Below, piece after piece: positions 40,001-50,510 of a DNA stretch of 64,000 bases (its first letter is position 1; each line of letters begins with the position of its first letter). The notes beneath the pieces were generated by a model. It was not told the DNA's origin. It saw only the letters and a program-made list of their open reading frames with translations, and ran no database searches. The translations under genes were made by a program, and so were the position numbers. This DNA comes from Spironucleus salmonicida (Eukaryota): positions 248,001-312,000 of the forward strand of contig NC_090602.1 in assembly GCF_000497125.1 (NCBI RefSeq). The letters are read 5' to 3'.

Positions 40001-41299
40001 TCACATTCCAATTACAGTATAATCTGAAAGCAATACTTTTCCTCCGCATTAAACATCAAAGCAATCACCAGTTTTACCCGTATCTTCAATCTTCATTTAC
40101 ATAGGCATGCCTAACAAAGTGCTCTAACCTTCTTCGTTAGGATAGCTAGTTAAGCTAACTAGTCCCGGTATATCTTTTGGGGGATTGTTTATACAAGGAA
40201 TTCTAAACAACATACCACCAGCTAAGGTTAAATTTTCACCATTTTCTACAACAGCAAGGGAACAACTTCTGGAAAGATCTGCTACCTCCGATCTAGTCTA
40301 TCCAGCTGGTAGTCCTCGAATATAGCATTCAAGACCATAATTTTAATCTGCTAATCCATAATCTGAGCTACCATCCATAATACCAGCTAAAAATGGACCT
40401 CTAATTCTAGAAAATGATTCTAAGCGAATGTTTTATCTTAATTTATCTTTAGTAAATTATTTAGTTGCTTTATTATAAAGACTCATCTCGGACATAAAAT
40501 TACACAAAATATTATTATCTCCTATTAATTTAATTAAATATATTCCTTCTGTATCAACTAAAGTCGCAGAATATATTTTTTATAGACATGTGAAAATCCT
40601 ATTAAGTTCCTTATTAACATCTTTATGTAAATCTTTAGTTGATACTTAAAATTCCTCACCTACACCTGACCCAGCTGATAAAAATAGTCCAGCAAACCAA
40701 GGAAGATCCATTGAACGAAGTCCAAATTCTTTTCCCTATTCAAAAATCTGCTTAGTGGAATTTTAAATAGCGGTTTATGCAGCTGTAAAACGAACTGGAA
40801 GTAAAGGTCTAATTAAATAAAAATATTCTTAAATTTCTTGAGAATATTTTAAAAACTCTGAAACAGTAGGTTCATATAAAAAGTTAGGAATTGAGTTTTA
40901 TACAAACGTTAAAGCCTCATCTGGTGCTGAAAATGTTTTGATTTTCTGCTCAACTTTTTCTACACGTTTATCTTGGTTAAGAATAGGATCAACATATTTA
41001 ACAAAAAATTGTTTTTATGAGTTTGTTTAAATAACAAGAGAACTTATTCTATTACCATCTGGTACTAGAACTAATACCGCATCTTATGAACATTAAATAG
41101 CAGATGTGAATAATTTTTCGTCAACATATTAATTATATGTAACTTTAAACAATTTGCATGATTTTTAAGCAATAGTCTATACTGTTCTAGCCGTACCATC
41201 TTCGCCCATTAATTAATCTTTTTCGCATATATCTTTCAGTAATTTAACGGAACCATCATACATTCTGATTTCAGTCTCACCAAAAAATGAAGCAGGCAT
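40001..41299 (-). CDS. Free-standing intein-like protein (Hint domain split by a degenerate LAGLIDADG domain), no exteins (432 aa)
   Basis: Block A SFFGETEIRMYDGSVKLLKDICEKDQLMGEDGTARTV; block B IQCSQDAVLVL; LAGLIDADG-like WFAGLFLSAG and RGPFLAGIMDGS; block H EVADLSRSCSL; blocks F/G GDCFDVQCGGKVLLSDYTVIGM*. Confidence 0.85.
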
Positions 41300-41402
41300 T
41301 TTAATAATCTTATTAATAATAATATTATATGCATGTAATAAATTAATATTTATAAAAATTATGTTTATATATAAGTATATTACTCTCATATTTTTAAAAT
41401 AA

Positions 41403-41894
41403 ATGAAAACTGATTTAACACTATTACCTGCATCATCGATAATAAAGGCATTTTAATCACGAGCAGGTAAAATGGTTAACATACAAAATGCAAAGAAAAG
41501 CAAACTTACTACTAGAGCATCATTTTGCTCACCGATTTGTTTAGCTTATTCACCTAATTAATTTTATACCGGAAGCATAGATAAACCTATGCGTAAATCA
41601 TTTGATTCATCAGTAGAATAATAATAATTTTCAATAGTTGATGTGGAATCGGCAGAAAATAATTTGCAGTAATTTAGATAAAATTCTAAAATGGAAGATA
41701 TTTAAAACTACTAAAAATGGAAAGAGAATAACAATAATGTAAAAAGAAACAGAGAAATTGGTCTCAAATAATAGCATAAAATAGAATAATTATAGTTTAG
41801 CCTAGCACTAAATTAACTTAAATAACAGCGTGTAACAAAATACAAAGAGCAAGTAGATGAAATTTTGAGTAAAAAATTTAAGAATTAAAAATGA
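41403..41894 (+). CDS. Hypothetical protein (163 aa), coiled-coil C-terminus
   Basis: Open frame MKTDLTLLPASSIIK...FKNQK*, divergent from the intein-like gene. Confidence 0.7.
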
Positions 41895-41972
41895 TTTTAT
41901 ATTACTATTATATAGTATACTTATTAATTTAACAAATTTAGAATTTACTTATAAAATTTACCACTTTACAAA

Positions 41973-42158
41973 ATGGCTGACAAGTGCTGCAAGGATGGTA
42001 AATGTACTAAGGAGTAGACTTAAGGCGAAAATGGTAAGGATAAATGCTGTAAAGGTAAAAAGTGCTGCAAGAAATGCCCCATGAAGAACCCAGTTGTTGC
42101 ACTCGGTGTAGTTGCTGGACTTGCTGCCGCTGGTTATTATTTCTATACTAAGAAGTGA
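41973..42158 (+). CDS. Cys/Lys-rich metallothionein-like micro-protein with C-terminal TM anchor (61 aa)
   Basis: MADKCCKDGKCTKEQTQGENGKDKCCKGKKCCKKCPMKNPVVALGVVAGLAAAGYYFYTKK*; CCACTTT upstream and AAG TGA end. Confidence 0.85.
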
Positions 42159-42285
42159 TTGCGATAACATATATAATTATATTTTATATTTGAAAGTCGA
42201 TTTTTCTATAGAATAAAGTTAGAGGTTTGATAAATATTCCATACATTTTTATATATAAACATTAACAAAATTTAAATATTTGAAA

Positions 42286-42495
42286 ATGCCTTGTGAAAAA
42301 AAATGCGCGGATTGTAAATGTGACCAAGGTGGATGTGGAAAATGCAAAGAAAATAATGAATAGTAAAGTACTCCTGATACTGTGCCTATGAATTAATAGC
42401 CTAAGCCCACTAAATATTTGAGCGTTTTCATAGCTGCAGCTATTACCTTAAGTATTGCTATTGTTTTATATCAATATAGACCATAAACTGATTGA
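42286..42495 (+). CDS. Second Cys-rich micro-protein with C-terminal TM anchor (69 aa)
   Basis: MPCEKKCADCKCDQGGCGKCKENNEQQ...YLSVFIAAAITLSIAIVLYQYRPQTD*. Confidence 0.8.
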
Positions 42496-42685
42496 TTTTT
42501 CTATATACTATTTGCAGAATATATTTAAATAGTATCAAATTACTAAAATATTGATATATGACGTTTTATCGCAATATCACCCTTAAGGATTAGGTTGAAT
42601 TTAATATATAATTACTATCATAGAATAAAATATAGCAAAATAAAAATCAATCCTAAATGTTACTGAAAAATATATAAGTTATCAC

Positions 42686-43729
42686 TCATCGTCTTAAATT
42701 TTAATCTCGAATTTATTTGACCCAAATCCCCATAACAAGTACTAAAAATATAATAAATATCCAACCAATGTGTAAATTGTAATCTTTTTCAGCTATTTTC
42801 ATTGTCTCGAAACCATCAACACCTAAAATTATAATTTCACCACTCTCACTATAAAAAGATAAATCATGTATAAAATTATCTATTTTTGAATGTTTTTGAC
42901 ATAAAAGTTTAAATTTCATTGGTTTCATAAACTTATATACTTTTACTAAACCTGTAACAGTAACAACGACTAATAATTTCTCTTATGAACTATATACAAA
43001 ATTAGCGATCTCTTATTGAACCTTAATATAAAAAATAGGGTCAAATCCCCCATCCAACACTAGCAATGAATTCTATTTGTGCTAGATTGCAAAGTAATAA
43101 TCATCAGTAAAAAATTCAATTTTTCTATATTTATGATTTTCGAATATTTCAATAGTATGTTATAGACCATAATTCTTGTATTCAATACCAGTATCATAAT
43201 GATATACCTATTTGTTAGTAACTATTACTAATAATAACCTTTCTGTTTGCTGATTCGTCGAAATATCAATAACTCTTTCTTATAATTCATCACAATCTTC
43301 AGATACTTAAAACTATTTGATAATTTTGAGATCAAAGTTAAATATTTTTATAGTAATATTTTCAGCCAATATTAATAAATTCCTCCATTCTATAAATCCA
43401 CGTGGTTCATCTATTTCTATCTTTTTTGTTTCCTTTAAACTGTACTTTTTATTTTTTATAAGTATAAGTTTTCGTAAATGATTTGTACCAGCTAAAAATA
43501 CAAAATTTTAGATTTTGAGTACATAAAAATTAGCCTCTTAGAAAGTTGAAAATTATGCAATCTCTTCATGTTAGTTAAATATTTAAACAATATTCGGTAC
43601 ACCAGATTTCGATGGTCCACCACCCCCAGCTATTGATATAAGGTTATCATGTGCTACTGAAAAATAAGGACATGGAGAGTTACATATATTTGTTGAAATT
43701 AAAGTTTAAAATCTAGGTATTAACTTCAT
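42686..43729 (-). CDS. SEC12: Sec12/PREB-like Sar1 guanine exchange factor (347 aa)
   Basis: K-loop motif AGGGGPSKSGVPN near the N-terminus, beta-propeller-like body, C-terminal TM (IGWIFIIFLVLVMGIWV). Confidence 0.82.
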
Positions 43730-44620
43730 TTTAGAGGCTTTCGCAAATTGAATATAAAATATTATTGTATCTATATAATATATTACTAATCATTAAAATT
43801 AAGATTCAATAATTTTTACTAAATATTTATGACTTGATTCTTAATAGCCATTCGCTTTAAGGATACTCATATCGTCTATCATAATAAAATCAATATTATC
43901 CTGAAAATTTATTTATTTTAGATAAATTCTATCTGAAGAAATAAAAATAATTTAAATAGTTTATGAAACTTTCTTAAGTGATTTAGTTTTTTTATAAATC
44001 CAAAAACAGCTAATATTCTAGATTTAAGTTGTAGTGATGTTAGTTTACTGTAAGTAAATAGTTCAATTAATTAATGTCTTCTGTATCGGCATAATAAATA
44101 TGTACTTCATGCTAAATGAATTACTATCATATATAGAGTATCTTTAAAGTAAAATAAAGATAAGAACTTGTTTTATAGAGTTTTAGCAAAATGTTTAGTT
44201 AATTTTAAGGTTCTAAATGATATAAAAATAAAACAAATTTTGTTTGTATCATCAAGTTATATTATATTCCAACTTTTTTGAATAATCGGTAATTAAAATT
44301 CTATTCTCATTTTCATTGACCTGGGTATATACAATAATTATATCGTAATGTACTCTTTATCAAACACAAGTAAGTAATTAAATTAATACCTTAATTTCCT
44401 TGTTTATCCAAAAATTGATTTATTATTATTTTTTAACTATATTCCATAACAAATCAATGAACTGTACTAAAACTTTAATAAAGTAAGATTGCTCAAACAT
44501 TAGAATCGTTATAGTTTATTTAATTGCCTAAAAATTTAACTTTAAATATGTATTTTACTAATTTTAAATTATTATATTATTGTTAACCTTCGAATTATTG
44601 TTAAATTCTTCTTTCACTTA

Positions 44621-45088
44621 TCAATCCCATATTACTTCAGCTTTGACTTTCCGCGATTCTTAAATTATCAATTCCTTGCTCTCGCGATTAAATGAATTCT
44701 TTCTTAAATCTAGAATCCTACATCTGCCAGCACGTAAAAATTGCACTATATCTGCTACTTATTTGTCACCTATTAGACACCCATAAAGGCTTAACTTAGT
44801 ACCTTTAAAACAACTCAATACGTCGTTAATTTTTACACTTAGTTAACAATTTTATAGTCGTAACTCTTACTTTACTACCTCAAACAGAGGGCTAAAATAT
44901 ACAACATCAGATGCCTTCGGAAAGGCCCTCGGTAATATTGTGAGGTTATTAATTATCTTAGAATCCTAGTTTATGTTGTGTACAAGATATTCTACTAGCT
45001 CTTTTGGAATTGGTGTATCTATGCGAACAGTATCTGTATTAAATAACTGGTAGTAAATATAGACTTAAAATTTACGGTTATCAGTCAT
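44621..45088 (-). CDS. Small leucine-rich repeat (RNI-like) protein (155 aa)
   Basis: LRR units ELRLQNCQL, KLSLYGCLIGD and ILDLRKNSF. Confidence 0.7.
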
Positions 45089-45142
45089 AATTTTTGATAA
45101 TATATTATTATAATTTAATATAATAATATTAATTTTACTAAA

Positions 45143-45643
45143 ATGGAACTTTTAGGGTGTTTTTTGGATCTTGCTAGGGAAGTAAGCTAAAAGTATAACA
45201 ACGATGAATTTGAGAATTTAGTATAGTTAATAGCTCTTGGTGATAAGCTCAAATCTTAAATTTTAGCATAACTTTCAGAAAATGTTGATATAATAGAAAT
45301 AGTATCAAACTACACAGAACTGACGGAAAAAATATCATAAAACCTTTTTATACGGTAAGATTAAAAAAATTAACTATTGAACAAAAAATTTGACCTGTTT
45401 ACTGAAAATAAAGTCCAGCAGCTCTACGACGATACCAAAGCCCAGCTGTTTTCAACACTTAAAACGCTAATAAACGAGTCAAATGCACAGCAGCTAACCC
45501 CAGAAACTCTAAATAATCTGTCAGATCAGTCTGATATCCTGCACTCTATTTTGAACGACTTTGCCGAATATGTGATATTCGAACAGTCCGAATTTGATCA
45601 AATCCAGTCGCTTTTGGCGCACATTTTGGCAATGAGTGAGTGA
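45143..45643 (+). CDS. Hypothetical helical protein (166 aa)
   Basis: Open frame MELLGCFLDLAREV...HILAMSE* ending GAG TGA. Confidence 0.7.
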
Positions 45644-45652
45644 TTCGATTCC

Positions 45653-48600
45653 TCACTTCAGCGAGCTGACGACCATGCTGCGCTCCATGAGCTCTGGGAG
45701 CACCCCGCGCTGTGCGGCGTTGCTGCGGCGGAAGTAGCTGTTCCAATTGCGACCGTCAAGTCGCATAAGGAGTGGTCGCGGAGCCACGTGTGAAGCCTGC
45801 GGGGGCTGCATGCAAATGATCTAAAACTGCATCTCTTGTCGCTCGCGAAACTGCGCTTCCTTGTCAGAAATTCGGCTTTTGAGGTCCTTTTACACGCGCT
45901 ACAACTTGCTTAGCATATCTGCTTTGCTCAAACTTGAACTGTATGGAACATTCAAGTTTACGAGAATGGGCCGGATATAATAGCTGATTTAGTCAGCAGA
46001 AATATCAGTTTCTTGCGCCTCGAACCCGACCTGAACTGCCTGGTTATGTTACTATAGAATGCGCGACTGCGCCAAACTGACCGCGTAAACTTTATCTTAC
46101 AAATCTGCAATCTGGCTCACATGAGCGGTAATAGTATTCTGGCTGGCCTGGAGGAGTGTCTATAGCCTGCTTTGCAGTAGTGTTTCCAGTTCTTGCGGGG
46201 ACTGATCGATTTGAACGCCAAAAATTTTGGCTATAAACTTAGTGAAAATTCGTGTTTAGAGGGGGAAATTGATAATATTAATAGGCTACTCCTTTGTTTC
46301 TTCTATATTAGGGGAGCAAGTTGGACGATTTTGAGGTTCTGCAAATTTCTTATTAGGATTATCATAATCACGCTAAGCAGTATGCTTATCAAGTAAAAAA
46401 TTGTCATCAAGTTTAGTTTGTTAGCTTTATGTCTGTTTTTTCGTTTTTAGAGTTTAAATCGGTTTGGAAGGTTTGAGCTGCTGGATGGGTTTTGGTTTAT
46501 GCTAACTTTGTAGTGAGTTATTGGAATTTGAGCTTTTAAATGATGATTTTTTAGCTACTCCTTATTTAGTATATAAATTCATATTAATGTGTGGGGCATA
46601 GATTCGTATATAATCTTATATTAGCAGCTAGCTTTGTTCGGAACCAGTGGGAATTGGCTATTTAGGCAGCGCAGGAACTTGTATTAGTTTTAATTGGTCT
46701 GTAATGTTATTTTTATCGACTATACTAGGATCAAAGTCATATATATTTTTTTAAGCTAAACTTGATAACTCAGATATCGTTGGATTAACAAAAACTTCCA
46801 ACCCGAAGCTATTTTATTATATTTTTAACAGTTTTACTTGTCTCTCATCTAGATCATCTTCTGTGTTAATAATGATAGCGCTGCTGGGAAGAATGATTGG
46901 TTATAACTTGTCCTAAATTTAATTTTTAAAATCATTTTTAATGATCTCCTAAATGAGTTCGTTTTGCTCATTTAAAATATGTTCAAAATAACACTAAGAA
47001 TCGATATATTAATCTGGATTTTCAGCATTAATTTAAGTATCACTTAACACTGATTTTTATTGTTATTCATAATAATTTTACTTTATCTCAAGAAGCTTAC
47101 TTTTTAGTCTTTTAACTTACTCAACTAATTCGTGATTCTTTTCCAATAATTTTACTACGTTAGGATTGTTGTCATCATTGTAAATTTATTCATCTTCAGA
47201 ACATTCTATAGTCTTCATTAAATCCTCATTGAACATGAAAAGTCCATCATTATCACTATCAGAAAATAACCTCATAGTTTCATCAGGTCTTTAGCTATTT
47301 TTCGAAAACAATGAATATTAATTATAATCCTTTGGAAAAGCATCTTTATCTTAAGTATCACCAAGACCAATGTGACTAATAGTTGATTGTTATAAGCTAT
47401 TGATATCTAAACTCTTACTATTAAATGTAACCTAATTATCAGATAGTATATTTGTAAAATTATTGTTCTTATTATTTGCATTAGACTTTAATAATTAATG
47501 ATCTATACATTAATTATTATATGTTGTTTCGTGATTGGGAGATTATAATTTAGACAAAATGTTACTTTAGGTTTCTGCTTAGCAATCTAATTAATATCCA
47601 GAATTTTGATTTAACTATTATTAGTATTACAAAGTATTCGCATTATTAACACCTTAATATAAATTTTATTAATATGCATTATTTAAACTGTTATTCTCAT
47701 TAGATTAATATTAACTAATATTGTTTGGTTAACCATCCGGTTAAAATTACTCAGTGAGTACTTCACACTACTTATTTTAATTTAATGATCCATGTAATGT
47801 GTTTTAATTATTTCTTTAGATATTATTTTCAAAATATTAATTAAAATTATTATTATTTTAATTATTAGATTAAGGCTAATTATTTATTTAAGTTTTTTCA
47901 CTACTTTTTATAACATTTTATTATTAATAACTAGTTAACTGTTGTTGAGGAGCATTCTTCATTTATTATACCTTATTTTAATCCCCAGATTTTAAGTTCA
48001 TTATCATATTAACAAGATTACTGTTTGATTCTTTAAGCTCTTTTATTTCTTCTTAGAGTTTAGTGATAATTATTGGATGATTACATATTTAATTTTCTGT
48101 ATGTTCCTCAGAAATATTTTACTAAGTATTAAGATTACTATTCGTTGATAACTCACTTGTTAAATTATCATCGTTTACGAAATGTAAAAAGCTACTATCA
48201 GAAATCTGCTTGGTTGGCATAATGATCTAATCAATGTTAAATTATTTGTTTTTGCTGTAACCTTTTAATTCTATATTTTCTAATTCTAGTTAATCTATTT
48301 GTTATTTCAATTAACTAAGCTGGTTAAACTGCATTTATAGTTAGACATCCGTTTGTGGTGATTATGCACAATTTTAATTATCTTATTTACTAAGTAAAGG
48401 TTAATTTATCTAGATCAATTTTTTACTTTTCGTAATTTATCCTAGCTTGTTATTTATTTTTAACGACATATTTATTAATTTTTCTTTAACAAAAAGAGTA
48501 TCCTGCAATATTTTGGATTTTTCTTTGCTATCATATAAATCTGATTCTAATTATCGGATTTTGTTTTAATAAACTTTAAGTTAATTGCCATCCTATGAAT

Positions 48601-49399
48601 CAGTTACATTCGCAGAATAAACTGCTATGTCATTATAGGGCTCTATATTTTATAACGACTTTACTGCTTCTAATTCCTACTAATGAATAAAATCAATTTC
48701 CTTCATTTTTTATTTAAATTTCTAATTTTCAATATTTAATTTTAATATCTACTCTGATAAATCCTTTAATTTTTCGTCCGAAGTGGTTTAAAGCTTTGAT
48801 AAAGTCTACTACAATCCTTTTACAATATCATTTTTTGATTATTTCTACGGCATCTGAACTTTGTCATCAAAATCACCTTTAAATACATTCCCTATGCTCA
48901 TTTTTTAATAATTTTTTTCAGTCGCGTTTTCACGATTTACAATATTCTCCTTTAATTACCGTAAAAACTGCTTTTAGAGATGCTGAAACTAATCAGAGCT
49001 CTATGCTGTTAACTATGTTTATTGAAAATACTAAACTTACAATGACTAAATTTCATCAAAAAGTATCTATTTCTGTTTTATTTCTGATTGTAAAACAGTA
49101 TCTGTGAAATTATTCAATTTTGTTTGAATAAGAGCTTACTGTACATTTTAAAGTTTATCCTGGGCTTCTTACAAAAAATCATAATAAAGTGGTAGTAGTG
49201 ATTTGGGAAGTAAGTGATCCGACGCTGGATCACAGGATAGTAGACCTTCAAACATTACAAAAACCTTTCTGTTATCAATTTATTATTATAAATTAAAAAA
49301 TATATCATCTGCAAGGATACGCATTGTTTATTAAATCTAAATTGTATAAGTTTCTACGATATCATTACTTTATTGCATTAATTTGGTAAAACTTAACAT
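45653..49399 (-). CDS. Large coiled-coil, N/Q-rich protein (1248 aa); N-terminal domain shared with 28573-31242
   Basis: No in-frame TGA over 3747 nt; contains KVFVMFEGLLSCDPASDHLLPKSLLPLYY. Confidence 0.8.
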
Positions 49400-49428
49400 T
49401 TATAAGATATATTATAAATTAATTAGAA

Positions 49429-49689
49429 ATGCCTCTAATTTCAGAGGGAGAATAACATTTATTGTCTCAAATAGTGTAACCATTTTAGGTTCCAATTGAG
49501 CTTCCTTTAAATATAGATATACCTGACCCATTTTAAGTATTCCCAGTCGAAGTTTAGACGAAATCGATTAAGGAAGATATATTTAATGATCAGTTATCTA
49601 TAGATGACGAATTATTCATTAAAAAATACATGAATATGGCTGTAGCTTAAAAATAAATTGAAAATTAAGGGTTTTATGTTATTGAGTGA
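49429..49689 (+). CDS. Small hypothetical acidic protein (86 aa)
   Basis: MPLISEGEQHLL...FYVIE* ending GAG TGA; 29 bp from the divergent ATG at 49399. Confidence 0.65.
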
Positions 49690-49706
49690 TTTTCCTTTCC
49701 ATTAAA

Positions 49707-50462
49707 ATGGATCCATTTTTGATAACATATTTAAAGAAGACAAGTACGTATTAAGTTCTCCTAAATGCGCTTAACAACGAGTTTATTAGAGGAGAATTTG
49801 AAGGAAAATAGTTTGAAGTTTAGTAAAAGTTCATAAAACTTTTGGAGGATCATGTGTATTCGTGTAGTAAGACAGTTACAGTCAATTTCAAGGGCATTGA
49901 TGATTAATAGAGCTTCTTTACATAATAAGTATAAGGAATGTTGAGGTTCAGTGGCACAAATGTATCTGTTGATGGAGTTTCAATAGGTGCCCTGAATCTT
50001 ATTGCTACTGAGGATGGCGGTTTAATACCTGAAGATGAGGAAGATGATAGTGAAAACGAAAGTGATAAAATACTCTGGTACAATATAATTCAAATCAATA
50101 TAACTCACGCTTAGAGAGTCTTGAAGTCCTTGGCCTTAGCATCAATCATTTTTTCAAGCTACTCAAGAACATTCTATAATTAACCTATCATTTCTGCTAA
50201 TATAGGTTTTACCTCACCGACAGTTTATTTAGCCAAAACATCTCCAATTAATCTATAGGAAATACGAGAATCTTCAAGTGATTCAAGTTGCTCTAAAACT
50301 CTTTTATGTTCTTTAAGATCAGCTTAGAGACCATAAAAACGTTGGGATAAGTTTTAGAGTTCCTACTACTTCTACTAAATTATTTATTATTTATCAGCCA
50401 TTAACAGAATTTTGATGGAAAGGTATAAATTTTAATAATAAATATATAATATTTGTAAATGA
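49707..50462 (+). CDS. TFIIA small (gamma) subunit-like protein; recognisable part ends near 50070 but the frame as sequenced runs to 50462
   Basis: YLKKTSTYQVLLNALNNEFIRG..FIKLLEDHV..VNFKG..LNLIATE parallels the helix-helix-beta layout of TFIIA-gamma; an acidic tail follows. The 3' end is uncertain. Confidence 0.55.
50105..50401 (-). CDS. Prefoldin beta-type subunit, PFDN2-like (98 aa)
   Basis: EHKRVLEQLESLEDSRISYRLIGDVLAKQTVGEVKPIL hairpin between two coiled-coil helices. Confidence 0.85.
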
Positions 50463-50510
50463 GTCATTCATATTATGATATTAAATATAATATTTATTTC
50501 ATTTCTAAAA

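Noticed and set aside
39660-40003. Intein-like ORF as an insertion in, or fusion with, glycogen phosphorylase
   Set aside because: Separated by a TGA stop, a different frame and ~340 bp of AT-rich spacer; the phosphorylase is complete on its own.
41958-42170. Hydrophobic 70-aa minus-strand track ORF
   Set aside because: Antisense shadow of the Cys-rich plus-strand micro-gene, which has proper start and stop contexts.
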